Assembly (NCBI GenBank): GCA_030141605.1
Contig: JAQGDQ010000147.1
Span: 372,001 to 436,000, forward strand
Reading direction: 5' to 3'
Length of the DNA stretch: 64,000 nt
DNA from: Tubiluchus corallicola
Taxonomy: Eukaryota > Animalia > Priapulida
Below are positions 36,524-49,014 of this stretch, in pieces. A model generated the notes under the pieces. The model was not told where the DNA came from. It saw only the letters and a program-made list of their open reading frames with translations, and ran no database searches. A program made the position numbers and the translations under genes. Numbering within the stretch: the stretch's first letter is position 1; each line of letters starts with the position of its first letter.

Positions 36524-37388
36524 AGGGCCTCCGCGATTTTCTGTTTCAAAATTTATAAAATTCTGTTTCAAAGAATCGCCAATTTCACTTCACAGAAAAT
36601 AGAAGCTACTTGGTCCTATAAGTAATATTTATCATCAAATTATGTAATGTGTGATAGATTGTAAATAAATAAATAAATTTTTATATGAATTAAGTATGCT
36701 ATTAGGCGTAATATATACGTTAATTTGCGCACAAAATTTACAGAACAATGTCCCGTCATATTTGTGCAAATCATCAAGAAATAGCCTGGCTCTTCCCAAG
36801 CTGTCACAAGCACAACATTGTCAGACAGTTTAATTTTTTTTGCCAAACATCATCTTCATTGCCCATTTTAATAGTTGAACTAAATGAACTTGAATTGGCA
36901 CCAAAAAGTGAGTTTAAACGAATTTTAGCATGTGCCTATATGCTTTTATGCTTATGACTATCGATTTTTTAATGGCAAATAAAGATTATTGTATTATATA
37001 TATATTTTATTATAAATACAAAAAATTGCGAAGATGTCACGTGCTGTTTGTGTGAACAGGGAAAATCAAATGTATTGCTATTCATTATAAGCTCACTCTA
37101 AAGAATTTCCTGTATTTCTCCAAATGAGAAAAAACAGAATGAGAGGATGTAGTGAGTGTGCAAGTAACATAAAAAAAACTCCAGGAGAACTTCTAGCAAG
37201 GTGGAGAATGACTGAAAAAAACTGCCTAGTTTTGCTGTCAAATAAGTGAAGTAAATTCCCTGTCTAGTAAGCATTAAATATGTAGAAAAGTCGGAATTCA
37301 GGCAAATACCATTTTCCATATATTTCTGCAGTTGTTCATTTCCGTGAATTCTGTCTGTTTTCCATGATAGCAAAAAATCGGAGGGCCT
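36524..37388. mobile_element. Possible degraded hAT-like MITE in MRPL15 intron 3
   Basis: AGGGCCTCCGCGATTTT vs AAAAATCGGAGGGCCT as an imperfect inverted pair; candidate TSD only 5/8. Confidence 0.4.
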
Positions 37389-38367
37389 ATTGGCTTGATA
37401 TGGGTCCTTGGTGCAAGTTATAATTTTTTGAGTTCACGATATACTCTAATTGGTTAACTTCAACATGATTCACTCGGACTTTCCATTAACTCATATCAGA
37501 TCTTGATTTCCAGTCCTGCAGCTAATTTAGCAAAATTTGGATGTATGGGTTAAAAATAACTGTTGTGCTAATACCATTATCATTGTAATAAATATATTCA
37601 ACCGTAAAAATTTTCCAAATTTAATTTATTACAAGAAAGAACCTAAAAACACTTATCTGATACGTTATGACAAAGTTACTTGTCATAACATATCAGATAA
37701 GTGTTTTTAGGTTATTTAAATTTTAAAATTCAAATAAAAACAAAGTGTTATTTAAATTTTAAAGTTCACATAAAACACAAATTTCCTGCTCACCATAAAA
37801 AAAGCAAACACGTTTACTACCTATTTCTGAAAAAATAATTATAATAATGTGGACTCAGAAATATAATATATGATACAATTATCCGTTTTTTTGGTGCAAA
37901 GAAAATCGAGGTTGGTCTGTCAAGGGAAATGTTTCACTTTTAACTAATACTGTTTGTAGTCCAAGACAGTGGAATAGTAGTGTATGTATGTTTAGTCCAA
38001 ATGCTGGTTCAGATAAACTAGTTCACTAAACAGTCAAACCTTGTTATAATCCCCCTTTCTACTAACATCCTCATTTAATGCCCAACTTTTTGGCAAAACA
38101 AAATGTTTATATTTGCATATGCACCTTCTTATAATGTCAAACCTGCTTAACACCAGGTTTTTGTAGAGTCCCAAAGTGGGCGGTATAAAGAGGTTTGACT
38201 ATATGATTACATTTAGTTGCAAATACTACATAATGTGGAAATTATAAAGATATTTATATAAACCAAAATATAGCATTTCTCTTGTGGCAATTAGAAGTAA
38301 ATTCTTAAATTTCATACATTGTACTTTCTACTAGTCATAGCAGTTTGTAAGTAGTTAGAGTACATAC

Positions 38368-38533
38368 CTCGTCAGTGAGCTGTACACCAAATTCCTTACT
38401 GTGCATCTGTATTTTCATTGCTTTGATACTGACTAGTGTAGTAAGATCGATGGGTTCTTCTAAGTTAATGAATCCCTTGTCGATATTTCGTTGCAATTGA
38501 AGCAAAGATAGTGGTGGATATTCTCTTCTTTCA
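38368..38533 (-). CDS. MRPL15: MRPL15 exon 3
   Basis: ATTTCAG|ERREYPPLSLLQLQRNIDKGFINLEEPIDLTTL...FGVQLTDE|GTATGT. Confidence 0.93.
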
Positions 38534-39031
38534 CTGAAATAAAGGAAAACAATTACAGTACCTTCAATATAATTAACATAAACTTTATATAACAGCTTAC
38601 TACAGTAATAATCATATTACAGTACCACATTGAACAATCCAAGTAATGCTCTAATGTAGCTATATATTTAGAGATGTTAACTCATGTCCGTGACAGTAGA
38701 AAGAAATATTAATTAGGCAAGACAAAGAAAGGAAACCTAGATATCAATCAGGAATAACACAGAGCTAAAACCCATTTATAAGCATTAAAAGTCTGCATAA
38801 TCTAGTGGTACAAGATGCCAAGCTTACACTCAAGGTTTCTGTTCAAATCCAGATACAGTTGCAAACTTTTCATATCATCTTTTTTATAATACCTCCCCAG
38901 ACTTTAGTAATGTATCTTCCAGTAAAGCAGACGTTGAACCCAAGGGAGGAGTGTGTCTGTAACTTTACATAAGTGCATGAACATATGTTTGACAATTGGC
39001 AAGTAGATGCAAAGTATAACAGGATACTTAC

Positions 39032-39171
39032 TGATGACCTTCGTAATACGGCTCTTTTGGAACTTTTATATAGAATGGCGTCTGGCCACCTTCAAAGCCA
39101 ATTCTTGGCAAGTCACGTTTCATTCTTTTGCTCTTGGCTTTCCTGCTCTCTCCTCGACCTTTTAATTTGTG
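39032..39171 (-). CDS. MRPL15: MRPL15 exon 2
   Basis: TTATGTTAG|[46 protein letters not shown]|GTAAGT; contains the uL15 GFEGGQTP signature. Confidence 0.92.
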
Positions 39172-42100
39172 CTAACATAAAAAAGAAAACTATGTAAATG
39201 CATTTGGCTAAAATCGGAAATAAGTTGCACCTCTACCTGTGCAGTATAATGTTGCTTGATTTTAATGTTTCTTTTACACCGTATATAATAAGGGACATAC
39301 ATAACTATACACTTTCACACCACAGAGGTGGAAATCTTACAAATGTCCTAAGGAATATAAGTTGGTGTCCAGTGATAGTCTCGAAAAGGTAATTGGGGTG
39401 GGGGAGGAGGATGAAAGCAAAGCCACATAAAAATCTAAAAATTTTGACTTCTAAAATGACAAGTTTATTAGCATTGTCACCATTTACATGTATTTTCATT
39501 GGCAATACAGCCACTGCATCTTCATGAACAATGAGTAACATTAGGGATGGATTTAAGAAATTTAAAACTGTAATGCTTAAAAAAACGGTACTTATCTATT
39601 ATAAGGTAACAAAGTACTGTTTTGCTAAGCATTACAGTTTTAAATCGCTTAAATCCAAATTTTTCTTAAAATTTGTTAAGCTAATACTAAGAAAGGAGCT
39701 CATAGTTTTGTTTGGCTCACTAGATCACTTTTTTCTATTATTTTGCTGGGAAGCAATATCAAAATAATCATTCTGCAAAATGTCTTACCCATCTTTAAGT
39801 CTTCTTTTGTCCAATGTTGCTTAAGCACTGAAGGAAGTATTTGTCAGTGCTATAAAGTAATTAAACTGCAAGGTAACTATAATTTGAAGCTAGATTCTGA
39901 AATCAACTGTCAGCACGGTAACAACTAACGTTTTAAACTATTCTGTGGCATTTCAATTTTTAGTACTGTAGGCTGCGGAACTCTGGGAAGGTGCCGAGTA
40001 ACCAGTAATTAATGCTGAGCGCTGCAAAAATCAAAACATCTCACCTTCATAGCAGCAGGCCTATTTAGGCCTATAGCACTAGATTGCCCCAAATAACTGC
40101 ATAATTATACACAAATGCCTAGACAAACATTCTACTGTTGCCAAGCCCACAAGTGGTTGTACTACTATTAGCAGAAGTACAGTTACAAATTGGTGTATGT
40201 ATGTATGTACACCCCCACCCCTCAAAGAAATCAATATATTTACGCTGTATTTTCGACTTTGGTGAATATTAGAATGTGAAACAGTTTTGCCACCTTTGCT
40301 AAGAAAGAGAGGAAATCATCTAAACTTTTTCCATTAAAAACTTGAAAGTAAAAATTTATGTTCCTCTGCCGGACAAAATGTCACACAGACTACGTCTAGG
40401 GCCAGCTAGGCAAATTAGACAGTTGCCTAGAGTGCCAAATTTTGGGAGGCACCTAACTCTGAAAATGATTTTTTAATTTTTAAGGTTTAGCATAAGTAAT
40501 TACATAATGTTGTAATGTTCCGAGGGCTATTGCATTCCTAATTTTTATATAATGATCAGGAAAATATACTACATGTATTTTTATGGGTTCGTCTGCTGTT
40601 TTTTTAAAGCTATTTAGTTAAAAACAAAACAAGATGAAACAAATTTTAAAGCTATAATTATTACAAAAGAAAAGAGTACAACAACAAGTCAACAATAAGA
40701 GTTCAAAATCACTACTAATGGCTTGCTGTGAAAACCCCCACGGAAAGACGAGGATAAGAAGATGAATGCGCATAACTTGTCTGAATGTTCATGATGATAT
40801 TGTGCACAATACAACAATCCTCCTCCTACAATGACAACGCTGACGCCGGCAACATGACGATCCTCCATGAGCCACAACAATGCAGATGACGACAGCTAAC
40901 CAACAGTTTCTAGCAACCCTCTTGTAGTCTACAACACCAACACCAAGAGCTGACTGGAATGGAATAACATCACAATTCTGTGTCTTAACCAGCTCTTCAA
41001 ACCATGTAACAGCAATGAGACTGAGGAAGACAGGCTATACAACAGGAACACTGTCCTTTTTGCCAAAACAATACTTAGCTCAGCTCTCCATGGTAAAGAA
41101 GTTACATCACAGATCGTGTACCAGCCTTTCCAGACAAACACATTAACTACAGTTATGCGGAACATGCCCACTGGTCAGACCAACAACGAACGTCTGTACC
41201 AGTGAAAAGTAGCAACTTAACTGTTCAGAACAGGTATTGCTTTTTCTGCATAAGCAAACGAAGCATTCCAGCAGGTAAGTACAAACCATTTTAAGTGACA
41301 GGGGTGAGGAGATGATGAAATGAAAGAACACATACAGCAATGCAAGCCATTTACTATAAAAATTAACACACACCTCACAATGTATGTGTAACTGCTTAAG
41401 AGCACAACACTAATTAAACAAAATAAATTACTTGCATTATTTTCTTGTCAAGATGTATGTTTCTCTGATGCTAGCAAATGTCTACCAATTGCAAAACACT
41501 AAATGTCTACTGTTGCTTTATCTGTTTCCTAAGATTACATCAAGTCACTCGGGCATTACTGATGCGCTTCTGTGCTTTTTGCCCGCAGTTTCTATTGCAT
41601 GCATAGAGCAGCAGAGCTATGAAGTATTTATATTAATAGTCTTTCCATTAATAAAGTTTCTTACAATAGCATTTATCCAATTATGCTGATAAATCTACAA
41701 GAATCAAAGTCTTCAGGAGTGGAATATATGAAATGAAAGGTAAAAAAAGCTGGCAAGTGGTGACATTGAACAGCAAAAAGATTCTCTAATGAAGTATTTG
41801 CAACCAGATCAGAGTTATGGTTGTGAAGACAATGAAGCTAGTGAAATGGACGTATACGTGAAAAAAAGAGTAAGGGTTTCAAAATTTTTCTGATAAAAAG
41901 GTGGAGGGAAATCTGATTGCTCCTGAAAAGCCAGGGTGTACATTGAGGTCTAAATTCAGTTTCACATTTTGGGGGTGTGGCGGAGTCCGAGAGGAAGAAG
42001 CGTGCCATTCCCGCCATGAAGAGGCACTAAAGATACTTATACTTCTGCCTAGAGTCTCAAACCACCTAGAACCGGCCCTGACTACATCCACCAATTAAGG

Positions 42101-42860
42101 AAGACTTTCCGGCCCTGATTCATTCTACCACATATAATAGTTTATTCTTAGTGGCTACCTCTACAGAAAAGGCAGACTATATTAAACCAAGTTAACATGC
42201 CAAAAAATATTACTAATTCAGATTAAATGAGATTGACAATGCAGCAATAATTTCTGATGTGTCAGCCTATTAATACAAGGGCATCAGATAATTTAAATTT
42301 CCCACTTCAGTTTTGTTAATATCATATTTATTCCTGGCAGGTGATTCATTATTTCATTTTTTGCCATTCTGTTGCTAACCTACAATTACGTGAACATGAT
42401 GACCTATCATGTGTATATGACTTATTAATTTATTTCGTAACTTCCTTCCTTTGCATTTATTTATTATAATTTTCTCACTTATGACATCATTGTTATGCAG
42501 CGATTCGCATTTCGGCTTTTTAACATTGTCATTAATAGCTGGAATGTTTATTATTTGACTTTTGTTATGTTTGTTTTATATTTTTCTTTCGTTTGTAGCT
42601 GTACTATGATCGTTCCATTTAAATAATTAACTAAAGTTGCAGCCAGTGTCATCTTTTTTCCGATATTGCAATATTAACTTATAAAGGGGCGAGAGTGATT
42701 AGACCACCTACGGTCTTTCCTCACCCCATCTCCTTGGATTAAAGTGAAGTTTTTTTGTAAAATGAAAATTGTGACACATTATTTGAGAAGATAAACGTCT
42801 ATGTTTATAAGCGTGCCTCTTTCTTTTGGCTAAGCTAAACACGTACTACCAAAAACTTAC

Positions 42861-42968
42861 TCGTCTTTTGGCACCTGGGTTAGGTGATAAGTTTTCCAAA
42901 CCAACTCGGCGTATATTTCTCAACATTTGCAAAGCCTTTTCAATTACGTTTCTACTGGAAGTGGCCAT
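42861..42968 (-). CDS. MRPL15: MRPL15 exon 1
   Basis: MATSSRNVIEKALQMLRNIRRVGLENLSPNPGAKRR|GTAAGT. Confidence 0.9.
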
Positions 42969-43446
42969 GTTCGTACCTGCACGGGCGAACTCCCGCTACA
43001 GGCTTACGAATCGATAAACCGATGACGAACTTCCATTTCAAGTCGATCTGCATTTATGTAGTAGTGTCGTTAAAGCATAATTTTTAAAAATTTAATTATT
43101 ACAAAATTTTAATGCTTGCTGTTTTATAAATTATTACTGCATTATTTAACAATTGTTTTTTCAGCTAATAATAGCAATTTTTTGGTAAATCTGTAGTATA
43201 AATCTTAGATAAATCTGTAGTGTAGTACTAAAAGAAATTTGTTGCGAATGTGTAATTGCTTATAGAAAGACGTAAAAGTTCTTGGACGATAATTGTTTCA
43301 TGTCTTAACTAAATGTGTGGTCGCCTTATCGGGCTTGCTGTTTCATTCACTTTAATAGTACGCTATTAAAGAAACAGTTATGCCAATTGCAAAATGATAT
43401 TAATTTCCAACATCACGCATTCACCCATTCATATGGAGCTATGCTA

Positions 43447-43511
43447 TGTGTGTGTGTGCGTACGGGTGTGTGTGTGTGTGTGTGTGCGTGCGTGCGTGCG
43501 TGTGTGTGTGT
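43447..43511. repeat. (TG)n/(TGCG)n microsatellite
   Basis: Directly visible. Confidence 0.95.
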
Positions 43512-45846
43512 ACTATTTGACAGATGACTCCTTTATTTTCCTTCCAGTCATCCATGATTTACTAACTAAGTGTAGAATTGTCTAGGTGCTGACAAGCTTA
43601 AACAATGAGGAACCACTCGCCCCAAAATTGGCACCAAAAATGGGCAATAGCGCTCATGTTGCCCGTGACACTGTGATAAGAAAATTGTAATAAACAGATA
43701 AGAGAGATAGAAGATTATGAATTACGTAGATTTTGTTATAAAGTTGTAGGCTAACATGCTTTTACTTATATGTTTTGTCATAGTAATAACAAAAATAAAA
43801 TATGAGGCCAAAGAAGCTATTTTGCCTTCATCGGTGGCAGTTAAACATTGGTGTCAATTAAACACTATCTTTATGTACAGTGTAAATTGTAATTTAATTT
43901 TTTGCACGTGCTATAGCATACATGAGGTGGCCAAAAATGTGCCGAAGTTTTTAACTTGCTGTTATAAGAAGAAAATAACGGAATGGCTTGAAAATTGCCA
44001 CACTGATGTCACAGAGACTTGCGTGTAAACACCAAAAAAATTAAGACATTTTCTTACATTATTCGAAAGATACAGAAGCTTTAAATTAAATGTAAAAAAG
44101 TAAATGCCGGGAAAATTTCGGCGTCACAATTGTTAAAATTTGCAGCAACTCAACAAGTCCTCTGTGTTCGCCGTTTTCACCACAGGCGAAGACGTTTCTT
44201 TCACAGTATCTTACTTAGTCCTTACATTAGACAATTGTTGCCTTTAGTTCCTCTGTATCAAATGGCTCTGTGCGGCTGTCGGGAATTTCAGATGCACCGT
44301 TATCCAGATGATTAGCCCTACTTTTTCTTAATAACAAACCTTTATCAGTACTTTATTTTCTGTGGTAAAGAACATGAAGTAAACTGGTTGATTTCTTTGT
44401 TGTTTTGCTGCCATGTGCTTATACGACACCGTGACTGCTTCTCAATTATTGATGATTAGCTGACATTGTTCCGATTTAGAAGTTTTTAACATGCAAAGCT
44501 CTTTCGGCCATAACATAGAAACTGTTAAACCTATAAACTTATAACTTTCGCAGCCAAAAACGGATCTATTGTAATATCACGCTATGAAATGTCAACTTTG
44601 TAGGATATTTATTTATAATGTTATTGTAGTGTAAATTTCGACACATTATTTGTGAGCCACCTGATAATATTATATCTTATTTTCTCCATGTCGTATAACT
44701 TTCAAATTATTTTCATAATTATATAGTTGCAAGGCAGAAGCTAAATTTTAGTGGAAAATTTAACATTGCATAATAAATCTAAAATGATAATAGGCCTAAT
44801 TGGCTATTATTAATCTCTTTAAAACTAATCAGTTGATTATTTAATTATTTAAATTAATTATTTAATTAATTATCTGCCGAGTGTTTCGTAAAACGCAAAC
44901 TCATGAATCATCTGGAGTAAAAAGACTTTCATAGAGGTACTTAAGTAAGGCTCACAATAATTAGTGTTAACCTTTGGCCTTATCAGAGAAGACATTTCAG
45001 ATCATCTTGAGCGGTTTTTGTCATGACATTCAAACGAGATAAAGAAATCGATCTTTGAATTACGCACGCGTTTAATGTGCGTTTACGTGCGCTTGTGATG
45101 AATCTGAGGTGACAAGGTAAAATGTCAACTTTTCGGAAGCAAATCAAGGATTACCACCAGCTTTCAGAATCAGCTTTCAGATAGTCACAGAATCGTCAAC
45201 ATGGCATTTTCAATAAATTTCATTTAATAGTTGACAACAGAAAATTACACACATTGGAAATTGCCCGAAAAAGCGCTAGTAGAGTGTTTTTTGGTTATTT
45301 TCAACATAGTACAAAATATTGTCAGCAAAAATTTTCGAAATATGTCAAGTAACATATTTACAAGTAAGCACAAGTTAACGCACAATGCGCATTACGCACA
45401 AGTAAGGTAAGAATAGACTTACTGGTTGAACCAGATATTGGTTATCTACTCATATGTAGGCATAATAGGAAACAAACATTTTAAAATATTTCAAGTTAGA
45501 ATGATTTCAGCATGATATCAGGTTTATTTGGTATAAAGAACTTTATATGTACATCTTCATGACAGTGGTCATAATAAATAATCTAACAGTGCTAAAAATC
45601 AACGTTTTCATACCAACATTTTTTGAATGTAATAAAAAATAATACATACAGTATTTTACGTTACGGAATTGTTCTAGATAAGACTAAAAGCAGGCCACAT
45701 AAAAATATGGCAATGCTTTTTGGCTTTATGACAACAATAGTTTCTTAAAAATTGTAAAAGAAGTTTTTATGTGTTAGAGCTAAAAAGTGAAACGGACAAT
45801 CACACCAGTTGCATAACCTGACATGACCATTATTATCTAATTGGTT

Positions 45847-47787
45847 CTATTTCTTACCAACAGTGGGCGCAGTAAGAAGCCACTTTAGACCAGAATCTTT
45901 GGTTCCAGAAACCAACGTGCCCTGAGGAGCAGAGTAACCGATGGCACCTGCTTGACTGCCCTGAATGTAAACAGAATGCACAGGAAAACCATTAACGGCG
46001 TAGGCGGTACGTGCTGGCGGAGATGCCGAACGGTACACTACAGATGGTATATGAGGTGCAGTAAATGTACTTCTACCGTAGGTAATGGCAGGTTGAGCCT
46101 GAACTAACTTCTGCTGTAATGGCACACCATAGGTCTGCACTGGAGCGACAATGTATTTTACTGGGTAATTAACAGGATAGGCAGACTGCTGAGATGATCC
46201 CGTCAGCGCATTCTGAAGAATTGTAGTTGCCTGAGGAAGAACTTTTTTCTTCAAGAGGTCATTGTAGTCTTTGCTAGTTCCTTCAGTATCATGACCGTAA
46301 TATGAGTAAGTTGGTGTTGATGCTTTATACAATGGTTGGTCAGTTACTGGCCGAGGTTTATAGTCATCTTTTATCACCACTGTTTTGCCTTTTGCAACTC
46401 CGTAAGAAGGCAGACGATCAGCATCACTACTTGGTGTGTGAACCACTTGTTGTGTTTTGTGAACTGGTGGTAATGGAACAGCTGCCGCCCGTGAAGGTTT
46501 GTTTTGCGCCATTTGGGGAATGACAGAAGGTGTTTGTGCAGGTTGTGCAACGTATGTAATGGGATATGCTGGTGCTGTTGCTACCTGTGCTACTTGTGGC
46601 GCCGCCACTTGGTAGGTGGCTGGTGCAACACGGTACACTGGAGAGGCTTGATACGCAACTGGCTGAACAACTGGTTGAGCAGCATATGCATAACTGGCTC
46701 GTCCGGGGTATGCATATCCAGTCTGTGGAGCTCGTTGATACTGTCCGATTGTAGCCAGAGCATAATCGCCACTTGCAATAAGAGGCACATTTCCTGGACT
46801 TGTATAGGTATATCCACCCCTCAGCTGAGATCGACTAACGGGAGCAGACGCAGGGAAAGTGGATGATGGATATGTTGCCACCGGTGCTGTTGCTACTGGT
46901 GCTGCAGCTACTGGTGCTGGCTGAACTGCAGGATAAATGGCACCAGTAGGATAGCTACCTGCAGACACAACTTGTGGCGTGGGCTGGGCTGGATACCTAC
47001 TCCTGGTATATTGATATGGTGAATAGCTACCTCTAGATGCCCTGCCAACAACATTGGCACTTTGGGGGTAAGTTGCTGGTTGGGTGCCCGCTGTTGCTGA
47101 CGGAAAAACGCCCTGGCCACTTCGTCCAAATGCATTGCCACCTTGTTTAATGAGTGACGCAAGGTAGACAAGGTAGAGAAGATTTGGATCATTTGGAAGC
47201 TCTTTATATTCTACATGTGGAAATGGCTTGTCAAAAGAATGGCCTTTTTGGTAGCCATACCTATCTCCCTGACTTCTAAAATAGCCCTCTTCTTCCAATC
47301 GTCTCCTTGCATGGGTGCCCCTGTAGTCATAGTCACCTAGGCGATAGTCTTCATTTCTATGTTGATTACCACTGTTTCCATACAAAGAACCATAAGTATG
47401 TTGCCCCCGTTGATAACGACCACCATAATCCTTATTATAGCCATAACCACGACCGTGATTTAGTTCACCGTAAGTATTTGCATTGTTCTGATAATAACTA
47501 CCTGGTGGATTGTTCTGGTACCCCCCATAACCAGCTGGCCCTGAGCTATATCTACCAGGTCCTGCCCCGTGGCCTGGTGGCCTTCCAGCGATTGGGGCAC
47601 TAGGATAGCTTCCTCCAGGCCCATTCCTGGCTGGAGTATGTCCGTGGTAACTGCCACTCCCATGTGGTGGCCTGTTATTTTGATAGTTGTAGCTGGCACC
47701 AGCTGGAGGCGGTCTTCTTGGGTTTCCATATCCGTTGCCGTATCTAGGTGGACTATAATAACTGCCTTGCGATTCTACATGAGTTAT
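45847..47787 (-). CDS. Secreted Tyr/Gly/Pro/Ala-rich low-complexity protein, main exon
   Basis: The 512-aa ORF extends in frame a further 134 codons to an acceptor (TTCTTACTTCTAG|ATA at 47787): ITHVESQGSYYSPPRYGNGYGNPRRPPP...; 1941 nt open, ends TAPTVGKK-TAG. Confidence 0.9.
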   Translation of the reverse strand: MTHVESQGSYYSPPRYGNGYGNPRRPPPAGASYNYQNNRPPHGSGSYHGHTPARNGPGGSYPSAPIAGRPPGHGAGPGRYSSGPAGYGGYQNNPPGSYYQNNANTYGELNHGRGYGYNKDYGGRYQRGQHTYGSLYGNSGNQHRNEDYRLGDYDYRGTHARRRLEEEGYFRSQGDRYGYQKGHSFDKPFPHVEYKELPNDPNLLYLVYLASLIKQGGNAFGRSGQGVFPSATAGTQPATYPQSANVVGRASRGSYSPYQYTRSRYPAQPTPQVVSAGSYPTGAIYPAVQPAPVAAAPVATAPVATYPSSTFPASAPVSRSQLRGGYTYTSPGNVPLIASGDYALATIGQYQRAPQTGYAYPGRASYAYAAQPVVQPVAYQASPVYRVAPATYQVAAPQVAQVATAPAYPITYVAQPAQTPSVIPQMAQNKPSRAAAVPLPPVHKTQQVVHTPSSDADRLPSYGVAKGKTVVIKDDYKPRPVTDQPLYKASTPTYSYYGHDTEGTSKDYNDLLKKKVLPQATTILQNALTGSSQQSAYPVNYPVKYIVAPVQTYGVPLQQKLVQAQPAITYGRSTFTAPHIPSVVYRSASPPARTAYAVNGFPVHSVYIQGSQAGAIGYSAPQGTLVSGTKDSGLKWLLTAPTVGKK

Positions 47788-48972
47788 CTAGAAGTAAGAA
47801 TGTTAAAAAATTATTTACGCCTTGTTGTGCACATAAAGCCCTCATTTGGCAACTTTAACTACAGCCACAATAAATTTTTACAGGCGTTATTAAAATTTTT
47901 ATCAATTTTGTAAACATTTTTGACCGCAAGTATTATTCACGTGTGGAATGTATGACTAAAGCTTGTTAGTTAACCAAATAGATTGTCAGTAGCTGTACCA
48001 TCATTTTAGACAGTCAGAAACGAGGTCTTCTTCATTGCCATAGAAGCTTCTTTGAACGTTAGCGTAATTATTATGATTAGTATGAACTTAATATTATGTA
48101 GAATGTATTTAAGGTTTTCTTCAAGAAGTATTTTAAGCACTTTTTGCATAATACTCATAATAGAAACTACGTGCATAGATTTGCTAACCAGTCAGTTTTA
48201 TTACGTAGCTTGCTAGTTATTTAGGTTTGCTAGCATTTCTTATAATAGCAGTGGGTATACATGTAATATATTGCTAAATATATTGTACTGTACAAACAGT
48301 AATAACGCAATTACTTATCAAACTGTAGAATGGTGACGATTAACCTAGATGAGCAAGCTTGCTGTGACCGATTTACAGTACAGTGTCGCGTGATTATAAT
48401 AATTTATGCCAAAAAGTTTCACTATCAAATCGAGTTTTCTTTTACCGAGTTAATTTAATGGGAACGCGTGTAATAATTTTTACTTAGAAATTACCCGTGT
48501 TGATGCTTTTAAAAACACGATTTCGTATGTTGTTGAGCTCAACTGAGTCGTACACCGCTTAGGTGTAAGAATGGGATGCTTAAATCGTTTAATTGGTTAA
48601 TCAGTTTAAGATTTTCGTACCGGCACCATAATTTTAAGTTCAGCCTGTTCAGGACGTTGTCTGCTAATTACTTTATTTTGTGCAATTGCGACATAGGTCT
48701 ACTGTCAGTGTACTTAAGCTAAATAGGCTAATTATGCGTCAATTAAAGCTTGACACGGAATGAAAACCAGGTTGGCCTTTTGCTCAGTAATGCGTGTTTA
48801 TAGCGCAATGTTCTCACACGATTAGTGTAAAAGCTTTTAATTTTGAAAATACGAATGCTTTTTTACTGTTTTCTTTTGGATTTGATTAAAGAACAGGAGA
48901 GGGAGAGGGAAGGAAAAAGATAGGATGGGATGATATAAAAGGCAGTTTGTGAGAAAGGGGTGAGATACCTAC

Positions 48973-49014
48973 CAAAAAACAATAGCATAAGATGACAAGA
49001 GCAGAATCTATCAT
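48973..49014 (-). CDS. Signal-peptide exon of the secreted low-complexity protein
   Basis: MIDSALVILCYCFL|GTAGGT, phase 0, joins ITHVES-QG to give a typical 20-aa signal peptide. Acceptor TTTTTAG at 49053 and TATA-like TATTTAA near 49195-49189. Confidence 0.8.

Noticed and set aside
47385-47787. Frameshift or pseudogene at the start of the 512-aa ORF
   Set aside because: The frame is open up to the splice acceptor; the ORF caller simply began at the first TTG.
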